Below, in pieces: positions 33,636 to 46,546 of a DNA stretch of 50,761 nucleotides. A program made the translations under genes and the position numbers. Within the stretch, counting starts at the first letter, position 1. Each line of letters starts with the position of its first letter. This stretch comes from Basidiobolus ranarum (lineage: Eukaryota), in contig JASJQH010000017.1 in NCBI GenBank assembly GCA_040143965.1, positions 1-50,761 on the forward strand. The letters run 5' to 3'. The notes below the pieces were generated by a model. The model was not told where the DNA came from. It did no database searches and saw only the letters and a program-made list of their open reading frames with translations.

Positions 33636-35603
33636 TTATTTGGTCACGAGGATTTTCTTCAAATCTTTGTCAGTGGGATATTCTACTTGTCCAGTAGTAG
33701 TATGAAGTGATGTAAGTGGTGGAACTGGCTTCGATGATTCAGCCAGGTATTTGGTAAACACTGGGGATACAGGTGTTCTATCTAGGCTTTTTTTCTGAAT
33801 GGTTGGGGATGGAGGGGCGGAGAAGGATCTACTTGCTTTGGAGGGATTCAAACGAGGCGATGAGGGTGCTGAGCTCACTTTTGCTTCTTCATATGGTATG
33901 ATCTTAATTGGTGCCGGCTTATTCTTCTGATTTTTACCATTGGAACTGATATCAGTTGAGGAAATGGGCCCGCTTTCATTCCAGAAGCTAGGATTTATGA
34001 CAGATCGTCTTTGAGGCTTTGGTGATGGCTGAGACTGAGACTGAGGCTGAATACCCCTAGCTGGCTCGTCTTTGGCCTTTCGGCCCGCTTTGCCTCGTAG
34101 CTTTTTCATTAGTTGTATTGGTTTAAAGGGTCGCATGAAGTGCTTTTGTTTGGCTGGATGTTCCTCAGTAGCTGATCGCTCTGACGGTAAAACAATCGGT
34201 GCAAGGGGTATTATCGGGGGCACTTTAGAGGTGGAGGGGATACCAATGGCTGAATCTATATCTTGGGACAAGGGCGGCTCCCTTACTTCCTCTGTTTGTG
34301 GGCCCACAGCGTTCTCTAGCATTCTTTCTTTACCCATAGCGATCGCTTCTATATTACATTTATGAAATAAGCTCCAATGACTATAATATGGGATTTGTAT
34401 CGAAAAAGACAGTTACTTTTGTTTCTCAGTGTCTTCCGTCTCCAAGAAATAAACAAGGTAATTATAGTTAGAGCTACCACTCCACCTAATACGGAAAATC
34501 CGATAATTATATTTCTTTTATCCTCAGTGCTTTGACGATCGACCGGGGTTGATGATTGGCTGGGTGGAATGGTCCCTACTGATTGTACAATTAGTTTAGA
34601 GGATTATAGTACTGCGAATTGGTACTGCTGATCACTTACGTGCACATGATTGCAAATTCTCTATTCCAGTGCAAATTGCTGATACATTGGATGACTTGCA
34701 TGACCACTCGTTTGAGCCACCAAGATCACAATGAGCACCTTGCTTCTCCATCTGAATGTTGGGCACTTGGCCAGTGAAATTATTTCCACGCAGACCACTG
34801 AAATATTCCATCAGATTAAAAAGAAAGTTATGAGGCGTAGATCAAAGTATGCTTTACATGTAAGTGGCAGATCGAAGTTCACTGATGGCCGATGGTATAC
34901 TACCACTAAGTCTATTTTCATTGAGATTTCTAGAGAGGATGGTAAGCATGAAAAGTACCCCCTTGGAAATGAGCGATGGAGAACTTACATGTATTTCAGT
35001 GGAAGCTGAACTAACTCGGTGGGAACAGATCCGATGAATTGGGACCGGAATATAGAGCTGTACTTGAATTATTCAGCAATATACCCAATCAATAGAAATA
35101 TCTTATTTAGACTTACAAAACTCTCAATCGTTTTAAATTACCAATGGACGCCGGGATATTGCCAGTAGTTCGCGTGTTGATCAGGGATCTTGAGAATAGA
35201 AAGAACGTAAGAATGTTGTAACAATTGAGGCGAAAGAACCCGATCTACTCACAAAACTCTAAGACGTCTCAATTTGCCTATATCCGTAGGTAAAGTACCG
35301 CCAAGATTGTTGTCGATGAACATTCTAAATTCAGAGTTAGCTCAGGAAACGGAAGCATAAAGATTTCTATACACACAGTTGCTCCACACGGTCATGTTTG
35401 CAAACTACGCCAAACCAAGTACAACAGTCCTCGTTAGTTGCATTCTCCCAGCCTTGCTTATTATGCCAATCTGAAGGGCCAAGTAGGCTGGGGTAAAAGA
35501 ATCGACGCAAGTAGGTGCAGTCATGCTTGTTAGCAACCACTCTATTCCAAAATTGAACATAAACCAAAAAAGTGACCAAGCTAAAGTTCGAAAGGAGCAG
35601 CAT
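33636..35603 (-). CDS. Type I membrane LRR receptor-like protein (signal peptide, LRRNT, about 5 plant-type LRRs, Cys-rich cap, TM helix, Pro/Ser/Lys-rich cytoplasmic tail), 8 exons, about 514 aa
   Basis: Exons 35603-35377, 35324-35253, 35188-35117, 35057-34989, 34929-34858, 34797-34640, 34578-34417 and 34348-33636 all have GT-AG borders and join in one frame (1545 nt). Motifs are DCCTWFGVVC, NNLGGTLPTDIGKLRRLRVL, GNIPASIGNLKRLRVL, LNENRLSGSIPSAISEL and LRGNNFTGQVP. The TM helix IIIGFSVLGGVVALTIITLFISW is followed by RRK. Confidence 0.85.
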
Positions 35604-36160
35604 AGGTTCAGCTTATAATACAAGGATTGAAATCTCTTCTCACACGGCCACTTAGCTGATTATATAATGAGAATATGTTATCAGGGATTCTAGTGTTTTA
35701 TCGAGTATTTTATCGAAATCAAGATTTTTAACAGAGGATCTACATGACTATGCAATGTGCAAAGCAGAAATTAATGCTATTTACTACATCTACCTGCTCA
35801 AGTACTCCCCAGCTTTCAGGCGATGATTCCGAGATGACCGTTCTTGCTGACGAAGCAGGTGTAAGTAATCTTATGCGTCAGTTGCCAACGTGAAATCAAC
35901 GCATATATCGCCAGAAGGCTTCTTCAGAGGACTGATGTCTATGTAGAATAAGCAAACCCATCATTGAACTATGCAAGAAGAGCAGGTTGAAATGACCCAC
36001 CCCATCTAGGGATAGAGTCAACATGATGTGCTACAGAAATCCAAAAAGGGGTCATTACCATATTGTACATTTGTGGTGAAGAAAATAGATTCGTTGGGGG
36101 AGGGGCAGGGAAGAGAATAAGTTCCCTACTGTAACTACGTGTTGTGAAAATGTACTGTCA

Positions 36161-37604
36161 CTATATGAATCGTGGCATGAAGATCGTCAAGGTAGCGATC
36201 CACACTACCAGTATGAAAACAAGATTATATGCGCTGGCAGAACTCTCTGCTTGGTAGAACATCTTAAAGGGTTGAAATAATCGGGTGAAATTGTGGTTAG
36301 TTTGATAGCCAGCCAGTAGGTCATTTGAGGCTTTGAGATATTCGGGATTTTGATAAATCAGGTAGGCTGTCTGCAGACTCCTGGCATAGATGACGGTGGA
36401 ATTAAATCCACCTATATTTGAATATGGCCAACTACGTGGATTGCGCGCGTAAGGTAAAAGGTAGTCAATTGCTTTCCGGATACTGCGACCATCTGGAGTT
36501 TCGTAATGCCATAAATCCACTCCCACCCTGGATGCCAGTGAAGCCAACAGTACCAGTCCGTTGAGGTTGAATACAGAATAGAACCAGGAGGCTGCACGTG
36601 CTGTCTCATGAGGCTGCGATCCGTCCAAAGCTATCTGAGAAGCAATACGCGCCAATGTGGCATTTTGTGCCACTTTAATGGCCAAATCTTTGCGATTAAG
36701 AAAGATCGCGATTGACATATATTGACAATCAAAGTAGGTGGCTAAAAAAATTGTAAAATTTGAGACGAATTGTAACAAAGATTAACTATCAAATTGCACT
36801 CATGTACCGTGATTATTTTGAGACATTCTTTCTAATAAACCATGCTCACTGCTATCCAGCCACGAAACGTATGCTAAAAGCCAGTTTTTGAATCCTTCTG
36901 AATCGGATGGAAGCCAGAAGCGAGAACTCTGTAAATATGGAACTACATCAAACATATCGTTAATGGGACTAAAATCGATGATTCCCGTACGACGACCTTC
37001 AACTTGTCCTTTAATGAAAGAACCAAACTGAAGATGTGGGTTCATGCGTGTGGAATTATCCAAAAACCAAGTTCGCAGGCGAGTGATCGCTTTGATAGCG
37101 TAAGTATCATTATCAAAAAAGTAGTAACTCAAGCCTAGGACCTGAACCTCTCGAACCTGTAATATCAGAGATTGGGATGAGCAAACTCACTGGGTAACTA
37201 GAACGGTGAACACGTACCAGAGAACGAAACAACTTGTAGTCTGGAACTAATTCGATTTCTGGATTGATGTGACCATCACGGCGTATGTATGGAAGACCAT
37301 CCGGGGAATTACTGTTGGGCCAGAAATATCTAGCCAGAGAAAGATAGTCATGTGGGTCGTTACTGGGGGCTAACTGGCTCTTGTTCGTCACCGAATAGAC
37401 TGCTTCATTCAAAACTGCTTTATCTGCCAATCTCTTCAAGGTAAAGAAGGCATCCTGTAAACTTTGATCATACGCTTCTTGTTGCGCTTTGTTTTCGGCA
37501 AGAATTTGAGTATTGATGCTTACATGTGAGAATATCGTATTTTGGGAATGAACCACATGCATGGCTATCAATACTAAGGCCAACCACAATGTTAGGACAT
37601 TCAT
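36161..37604 (-). CDS. Secreted, probably GPI-anchored polysaccharide lyase with an Alginate_lyase-type domain (PL38-like), 3 exons
   Basis: The signal peptide is MNVLTLWLALVLIAMHVVHS. Core motifs are APSNDPHDYLSLARYFWP...GLPYIRRDGHINPE, TWFLDNSTRMNPHLQFG, NNH|ATY and DGSQPHETARAASWFYSVFNL. The C-terminus has SSASA followed by a hydrophobic tail. Confidence 0.85.
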
Positions 37605-38379
37605 AGGCGATTTAGGTATTATATCAACGCTCTTCAGGTGAAGGATATTCTTAACTCTACAAAGATATAGAAAACTAAAAAGCAGCTTTTGAAAGTGTAA
37701 GCGCCAAGTACGAGCGTATGAGAGAGTTCTTGTTGTACAATGCTTGAAGATTTCTCTGGTCAATCGCTCAGTTAAAAAGGAATCCAACTACATTCAACTT
37801 GATACATCCAGGTTTCTTGTATGTGTAACATTGTCAGAGCTACCGATTGGAGTCTGCCAACTAGGAATTTGTTCTCGGATTAATAGTCTGATAGTTCTAA
37901 ATGAGATAAAATCCCCGGAGATGGTATTTTAATGGCATGTAACTTACATGACGTATAATATGGACGTTTAAAACTGGGTAAAGGCTTATGATCTGGGACT
38001 AGACGTAATTGAACTCTCTGTAACAGCCACACATAAGAATGGCTGAGGTTTAACGGATCATTTTGGAGTAAGTTATGCTTATCCAACCAAATAAATCTAC
38101 GCTAAAAGTCCATGATATAAGGAGACATTCAAGGGTCCTGCATATCTTCAGATTAATACTTGTTATTTTATTATCGAACATGATGTGTAGTACGAGGCTA
38201 CGGATGTGCCGATCAAATCGATTTAAGGAGAAAAGGAGATTCATACGAAGGAGAAACAGGCATGTAAAAAATTACAAATTTTGAGGCCTCGAAACTCTAT
38301 ATCTATACATGTATGTGTGCTTTAATCCAATACCTTGAGATAAAATGGTATCTAAGCTTCCTAGAGAGCTGACTAGTGA

Positions 38380-41300
38380 TCAAGCAAAATGCAACTTTGT
38401 GCGAGGATATCTAACAAAAACCTCGCGATTGGCTAACATTCCGTCAAAGAATCCCGATAGAGGATGGGAAGATAGTGTCTTTTGGAATGTATTTAAGTTG
38501 GCCATTCCGTACTGTTTAACGAATTTAAGCACGCGCACGATGAAAATCTCCACGACATTTTGATGAACTTCAGGAATCACCACCTCCTCTTCCATCATAA
38601 CTATCGTAAGCATGATAAACCAACCAAACATATATCCTTGATTATACATCTTCAGATCTGTAAGCACTACGTTGGGAGTGATATCAAGTAAGAGCAGAGT
38701 AAATAGGTTCGCTGGCTGCAGCAAATACCTATTGGAGTTTACCAGCAGGGTGGTAATTAGAGATGCACCTAACTCAGCTATAAAGACTCGTAAGTAAGAG
38801 TATACAAAAGATCGCAAGACTAAAGGGATATTTACCGGAACGTAATGCGCCTTTAGTGTTGCTTGCTCTAACCATTTCCTGAATAAACAATGGTTACTAT
38901 ACATAGTAAAAGTGCGACTACTTTACAACTCAACAAACTCACTTGTACAATAGTTCGGACAAAGAGTCTTGGGCCACCAAACTCAAGAGCATCTCGGAAT
39001 AAATCGATATCCAGATGATGAATTTTAGATAGATCCCAGGAAGAGGATTCAACGAACTTGCATCTTCCAGTTTGGACAATTGCCTCGAATGCTTGTCGAA
39101 ATCTTTTGAAAGTAGAGCCTGGATTATGAAGAGTCTCAGCAATAGCTAAAGGAATAATGGTCAGCGTATTTCGAAACTATGTATATCTAATACAATCCTC
39201 ACCGATATCACCAACTGTAAGCATTATTTTCTCTTTGACTTTCCATAATTGAGCTTCTATTTCCATGCTCGTCCCAATAGCTACAGTCACACGTTCTGAG
39301 ATGGCGCGTAGTACATGAGACGGGAATTTGTCATTAAGAAGCAAAGCTTTCAAAACTTCTGGCACTAATTGTGGGTTTTGCCTGTAATATTCCCTCAAAA
39401 AATAAGTACAAGCTGAGAGATGGATCGGAATATCTTTCAGATTACCTTGAGTGAGTTAATTCTTCGCACAAATAAAGCACTACTCCAATCAATGAGAACG
39501 AGACGGCTGGTTGGAGTAGAAGTTCAAAAGATTTGATCAAAGTATCAATATCCAACACTTTCCCGTCACATGCATCGAGAGAGGCCTCAAAGATCAGCGG
39601 CATCAGACTCAAGATATTTTGTGGAGAATACCGACTATAACATTCAATATTAGTTGCATTATCATATAGAAGCTTTGTTGATTGCACTGACCGGATAAAT
39701 TCATCCGTGAGTTCTTTCTTGACAAAGAGGGCATCGATCCATTCCCCAATACGCTCATTTTCTGAAGATGAGGCATTTGAGAATAGGGAAGTAGACGATT
39801 TCAAAAACCATGATCGGGAAAATTCCGTCGGAAACTGGAATATAGTTTCAAGCTCAGATTGTAGCTATGGAGTAATATTAGTTTCGATGGGCTTTAGACA
39901 ATTCGCATACAGCCCAGCATACCTTATATCGCTCAATAATGGTCACAAACAGAATAAAAGCATATCCGAAAGATTCGTAATCCTCAGATGTCTGCATTTC
40001 AGAAGGGACAGATCCCCATGTGTTGCAGAACTTTTCAAAGCCAGCTAATATATCCTTGGGATGCTGCATCAATACTATGGTATCTAAGAGTTGTGGATTT
40101 TCAATGAGATTCTGACACAAAAATCCAAGAGGCTTAAGTTCACTATTTTCGGTCCATGTTACGATCAGCTAAAGACTGCGTTAGTTTGTTTAAACTACGG
40201 GATTCAGTATTCTGGACCAAACCTTTTTTATGACATCAATGTGGACATCCTGATTCTCAAAGTGCGCAAGCGTTGTAAGAACTAGTCGCTCGATGTTTTC
40301 ATTTGATGGATCGTTTAAAATGGCCTGTGTAGAGGCCTCAACGCTCTAAAAGAGATGTTAAATAAACTTCTAAACAATGTGAGGATCTGACGAACTTGAT
40401 TGTACTTCATTTGATAGCAGCCCGTTAGATAATTTTTGGTCTCCTACGACACCTCCAAATATTGGATCAGATCCTATCAAATTTCTTTCGATGCAGACTT
40501 TAAATATTTCTCCTAAGATTGGTCTAAGTTTGAAAGTTACGCTCAGTAAGGATTCATCTATTGCTGATGCATCAATTATCTTACGGTTCACTTTCGTTCG
40601 ACTCTTCAGAAATAGATGTACGACAACAGTTAAGCAGCCCTTTCATACCAGATATGTGTCGTAAAGCATGTTCTAAAGCGCTTGACTAGAATAGTAAAAG
40701 ACATAAGCGCTGCGTGCGTATTATTTTGAATCTGATCGAAAGTCACTCTACCTGTGCTGGTTGTAGATCGATGGTATCACTTTTGTCTGCTCTCAAGTTT
40801 TCAAGTTTTGCTATAAGAACGGGAAGCTGGCGTAGTGTGAATACATAGAATGGATGAGTATATACCTGAAAGTGCATACCTTCACCAAAATAAAGCTCTT
40901 CCAAAGAAGTTGCAGTCGGACAGCTGCTTTATTGCGACATGACTCTGCCATACCTGTGAGTGATACCATCCATAGTTCTAAGTAGAAGAGCTGGTCGTCA
41001 CCCTTTACCATAGGAAGAAATGACTTTTTAGAATAGATGCAACTCTACTCAAATCGGGAACAAAATAGAGTTACCATCAGTCTTTGGAGTTTCTGCAATC
41101 GTGAGAGAACAAGGTTGTCGGGTAAAACAGGGCGTCGGTACATCTACATAGCCAACATAAACAAGGAAATTAAGAAAAGAATATCGATCAGGAACTTGTG
41201 ATTGTATCCTCACCAAGTGATAAACCAGAAAATACAATGAGGATGAAGGAATGCATTTTCCGTCGCTCTCATTTCGGAAGTTACTATATTGTATATATGC

Positions 41301-42466
41301 CGTATTGGTTTTGCTACCTCCATCATCTAAAACAAGATGTATACTTGATGTCAACGACATCATCGGTCGACTCTTGGTTATTTTATCTCCTAGCGACCCT
41401 AAGGCCATGCGAGTTTCAAGAATGGCTGAATGAAGAGCATCCCACATAACTTAATTGATGTAGGTAATTTTGAGTATATGTGGGGGGTGGTATTCATTGG
41501 CTGTTCGTGAAATACATACCTGAATCCTTTACAACGTATTTCAACAATGCAGGGCGTATCTTTTCATTTCCAAAAATAATGTTTAACAATGATGCTGCTT
41601 TTTCGGCATTTTTTTGTGTTTGACTTTCCGCAGCTGTTGTTGGTGGTGGTTCGGTAACAACTACTTGAAGTGGCCAATGCGGCTCGCCTATATCATCAGT
41701 GTTGTTTACATCTTTTGATGCTTTTTCATCCTCTGGCACTATAGGCCCAACAGGGCTAGTATAAGCGAGTTCTAAATCCATTCCTTCTTCGATACTGGTC
41801 ACATCTAAGGGAGGCATATCAATATCCAACTCGGGTTTATCTAAGTCCATAACTACTATATTATCGTCTTCAGGTTTGTGATCAGGAAGTTGCGAATGTG
41901 TGTAATTAGTAACATTTTGTACAATGTGGCAAAGCATGACACTGGTAGTAGCAAGTGCTTTCCAAACACTGCTATCAACATCCAGTGAGAACATTCTGAA
42001 ATTTAATTCGGTCAACGCGGCCTCAATCATAGGAAGCAGAGCACTTAACTGCGCAGGCTCAAAATATTGAGATCTGGAGTATTCCTCGGAAAATACTGTT
42101 AAAAATACAATCTCCGGTATCAAAGAATCTGAGCCTATTGCTTCCTCAAGATATTCTAGTAAAATAGGGCTAGGATTTGGAGAGGTGCGAATCGATTTTA
42201 TAAGCAGATCTTTTGATGAATTAGAATTTTTGAATGGATCAAGAGATTTGAAGAAGTGTATATATACCACATAGATCTCTAGTTTTATCTGTTGGTTCAT
42301 TATTTACTTCTTGGTCTAAGAATGTCTTGGTGAATTTCAACCACTTACAAAGAATACAAGTCAGACAAAAACAATAATGGAGGAACAATCTCGTATTGAT
42401 GGAGCTTACTTGAGAAGGAACTAGTCTTCGTGTCCATGCTTCCACCAGAATCGTTTGTAATGACAT
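38380..42466 (-). CDS. MED5: Mediator tail subunit Med5/Nut1-like, multi-exon
   Basis: DYESFGYAFILFVTIIERY and IGEWIDALF...SPQNILSLMPLIFEASLDAC...LDIDTLIKSFELLLQPAVSFSLIGVVLYLCEEL match the fungal Med5 C-terminal core as I recall it. The N-terminus is MSLQTILVEAWTRRLVPSQ. Confidence 0.75.
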
Positions 42467-43681
42467 TGCTACGTTCGATTTATATGTAGAAGTCGAACGC
42501 CCTTTCAACTAATTGATATTCCACTAGAATCATTAATTAGTAACAATTCAAATCACCTGACTACGAAACAGAACTAATTAGCTTGGTGTCAATTCATGTG
42601 TATCAAATGCCATAAGCTTAAATTGTAGGTTAGAAAAATATTCGGTGCAATATATTTGAATCTGAAATCCAATTTCGCCATAGTTTTGTGACAGTCTTTA
42701 CCTGTCTCTTCACACTAACTCTGATATGTTGTGGCAAGGAATATGTACTAGTGCAGGTGACACGAACCTGGAAGAGATATAAAACATAAAAAAGAAGCTT
42801 GCTACGGTTCATTTTACAATCAACTCTACAGGCCTCCATTTGCAAAAGGAATTTAGATAAGCAGCTATTCCCCGCAGAGCCAATGTTGTCGTAAGGTAAA
42901 ATACTTGAGGTTAGTTTCCTCGGAGCTTCGATCAAGCCACCGCTGATATTTATTATCGGGAAGTATATCAGTGTATCTTTGGGTAAGTCAAACTCCAATC
43001 ATTATTGGACAAGAAACAGTAATGAGAACTTATACTCGATCGCTTATCGCATATAACACTCCCAAATATCAGTCAGTAGCATTACAAACTCTATAGCTCT
43101 AATGCCTCATCCCTAATGCCTCATCCCTAATTTTGATATCTGAAACTTCAGTACTCTCGATGAATGAGTTTGAAAGGATGAGAAAATTCCAGTGAGCTTA
43201 CTATTGAGCTTTGTAATCTATCGAACAACGTAAAGATCATGTGAAGGCTAACAGAATGAACCCCGAATGAACCCCTCGATGTGTGATCAACCAAAACTCC
43301 ATCAAAAATGAAAGCAAGATCCCGTTTTCAAGCGACAGCAATAAGCAATTCTCGAGTTGGATGCTATTTAGACCCATGCATATAGGGATAGTTAAACAGT
43401 AATTGGAATTCATACAGTTTGTTTATCAATAATTAACGGTGACTTATTGCCTATTTGTTACACTGAACTCTACACCATGCTTCTACATAGATAAAGTAAG
43501 GATTCTTTGTTACTATATTAGTTGAATCTGAGAACGCTGAAAGATATTGAAATTGATCTGCCCTGAATATGATGATCGTTATTAACTTTTGGTGAAATGT
43601 ATAAAGTAACTGAGCTCCCTGCGAATATTGTTTTTCTGAATATTCCTGTGCCCATTTTCATTTCTGTTATTTTCAAGAACG

Positions 43682-44752
43682 ATGTCATCAAAGGCTAAGT
43701 TGAACACTTCTTTCGAAAGTATTAAAGCCCAAGGAATAGAGGCTCCCTTTACCCAAGGTGTAGCTCTGTCTCCTCTTTCTATTCCTACCAAATTCCGAGC
43801 CAGTCTATCAAGGAGAGGCCGCTCAAATTCTGCACCAAGCCAGACTACTAATGATGGCACATTGTTAGGGAGGAATTTGAAAGCTTCCCAAAATATGCGC
43901 TCAGTTTCATGCAATGAAACATTGATCAAAGACAATGAATATGAGATAGCCTCTCCTGAGTTCAATAATTCCCCTAGATTGGTGCCAACTTTGCAGAACA
44001 AAAACCTCGAGCATTCCATGGTTGTGCAATCTGTAAAATATCCAACCAGCCCATCACGAAAGAACTCTAGGATGAGAATCATGTCTGATAAGCTACAGCA
44101 AAGGCTACTTGGTAGAAAAGTCAGTAAAGATAATATATCCGCCCCTACTCTTATTATGGCTAGCTCCAATGTTCAAACTTTCGATATTGAGCATCCAGCG
44201 CAAGAGCTAAACTTCTCACAACGGTGCAGCGATTCCGGCTCACATCATTATAATATGTCAAAAGCAAAATCTCAGAACCCTTACGCTACCAAAAATTCTT
44301 ATGGATCTATAAGCACTTCACATATCGGAATGGGTTCAGCTAAAGATCAAGTTAGAGCCTTGACTTTTGCTGCCCTCAATGAACATTCCAATCAACAACG
44401 TCCAGACATAGATAGTATAGGAAACTTGGGTGCAGCTTCAGAAGTTGGACTTCCAATTTATGAGTCTGAAGCTTGTGAGCTATCTCTTTCTCATGATGTT
44501 GAGACTCTTCTTAAATTTTTGACTACCAAAACTCAAGACGACATGTATCGTGCGTCTATCTATGATTTATATGATTATTCCAGTGACGATGAAGACTCAG
44601 AGGAAAGTTCTGATCCAGACTTTAGTCTTGACTTATGTTTAGCTCAAATGATGCTCAATAGTTCTTCACCTACACCACTATTTACTCAGCCGGTTGATGT
44701 AAATACACTAGTGGAGGAGTTACCACAGTCTGCACTCACTCCTTGTAACTAG
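43682..44752 (+). CDS. Hypothetical Ser-rich, probably disordered protein, single exon, 356 aa
   Basis: This is a long ATG-initiated ORF with many SP and RxxS sites (RRGRSNS, RKNS), a short ISAPTLIMASSN motif and an acidic patch. I recognised no domain. Confidence 0.65.
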   Translation: MSSKAKLNTSFESIKAQGIEAPFTQGVALSPLSIPTKFRASLSRRGRSNSAPSQTTNDGTLLGRNLKASQNMRSVSCNETLIKDNEYEIASPEFNNSPRLVPTLQNKNLEHSMVVQSVKYPTSPSRKNSRMRIMSDKLQQRLLGRKVSKDNISAPTLIMASSNVQTFDIEHPAQELNFSQRCSDSGSHHYNMSKAKSQNPYATKNSYGSISTSHIGMGSAKDQVRALTFAALNEHSNQQRPDIDSIGNLGAASEVGLPIYESEACELSLSHDVETLLKFLTTKTQDDMYRASIYDLYDYSSDDEDSEESSDPDFSLDLCLAQMMLNSSSPTPLFTQPVDVNTLVEELPQSALTPCN

Positions 44753-46546
44753 CCATTTTTAGCAACCAAAGTATATCATCGTTTCATTCACTCTTGTACT
44801 CTCAATACTCAACCCTCTCCGCTACCTATATCAGTTCAGAACTACTTGTTAACTTCGTAAAACCCATTCCCCCGCCTCTAAGATGTTGACCGTCTCAGAT
44901 GTAAAGAGTCTAAAATGAGGAGACTGGTACAATTCTTTACATACTTTGAAAAATTTCACGACCTGTACAACTGCTCTTTGGAGATTTTCTTGTCAAATAT
45001 TTGTACGTCTTGATTATTACATATGTGAACCAAGCTGATGGGAGATTTATCTATTGAATATCCACACTTTACACTGACTTTGCTAAATATTGAAATAAAG
45101 AGGCCCATGATCTATCTAAACCCATCTCAAGTCTATCTGGATCCCCGGATTCATTTAAACCATGCTTGATTAAGGAGACTAATGTTTGAGTAATTAAGTT
45201 CTGATATGATAGTTTATTAAAAAGGAAGGGACAAAGCATTTTTTTAAAATTTAACTCAGACATTGATTCACCTCTACCCTGTGGACTCCCTTTGCTACAA
45301 TGCCAAATCATCCTTGTCATAATGCAGTAGCTAAATTAGTATCGAGTCGAATGAGGAGAGGGGTTCTTGAAACAAACAAACAATTTTAGAAGTGGCAAGA
45401 CTCCGAGAATGCTGATACCTGCTTGAATTATCCTGGAAATGAGCAGTATGACCACCAGTTACCATCCTTGCTACTCATTAAACCAAGTAGAATACCCAGG
45501 ATGACTTCCAAAGAATATTAAACCCTCTTGTGGATCGAATGTAGTTATTCCTAGCCGCGATTGTCATGATCGAACTTGGACAAATATTGTGGATTAAGTA
45601 CTAAACAAACTTGATTAATTCAACTTAGTAGCCAATGTATTAGCTCCACATTCACCACTACCAAATCATCTATTTGTTCCAATTATCGCCAAACAAGGAC
45701 AGAAGAAAGATTCCCACAAATTCTCGAGCAAACGCTGACTAATTAATTCAACTACAATCCCACCCAACCCTCTACAACGCAATACCACGAATTAAGGACG
45801 GTTACTTTCAAAGTTCCTAAAAGGGTTTAGTAGTCCACAAGAGAATAAATGATCAAGAGACCATCACCAATCAACTTAGAGGAATGTTTCACATGGGCTA
45901 ATGACTGTGACTTGGTTCGTCAACAAAAATTTTCCCCCGAGTAGCGATGAATAGTAGCGATGGATACGTCCTTGCAGCTATTCAATATATTGTTGGAGAA
46001 GCCTAACCCTAGTTATCTAGCAATTTCCATCCAGAGAGAGACTTAGAGTTCAGTCCATGACTGCGCCAAATTGGTGGATTAGAAAGGTGTGATCGCGGGA
46101 GGGGGAGCGGGGTGTGTGCTCAAATTCCATATGTTTCTGTGAAATTGTGTCCCGTCGTCATCAGGCATCCGGCCATCTGATTACTTGTGTTGAGATATCA
46201 TTGGGCCTAAAAATGGATTGTTTAAATGGTCGCAAATAATGCGTACTGATTGGTTTGGGCCCAAGTTGGATATCATCAGAAATACCTAATGGATTCGTTG
46301 GTGTATCAAGCAATTATATCAGAAATTAATTGTAAGGTACTAATCCTTGTCCAACATGATATTTCGCAGCCTTCTCTTTGGCCCTGCCTTAGATACTATC
46401 ATTACACAAGAAATAATCAACCCCTCCCCAACCGATTAAAGCCCCTCTTTTCAACGAGGCATCCTTTAAATTCAGATTTAGTCCCAGTAGGTTCTTGATT
46501 TTCTTAGAAACCACACTTATCTTCCTTTCCTTCATCAACAACGGTG

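Noticed and set aside
33636-34337. 233-aa ORF as a stand-alone gene
   Set aside because: It is better explained as the last exon of the LRR-TM gene, because an in-frame acceptor lies at 34349/34348.
37641-37648. ATATCCTT on the minus strand, a possible AT-AC U12 donor
   Set aside because: It is only ~40 nt upstream of the lyase ATG, with no downstream U12 branch site or acceptor.
43582-44169. 195-aa antisense ORF
   Set aside because: It almost fully overlaps the longer plus-strand ORF and has no recognisable features.
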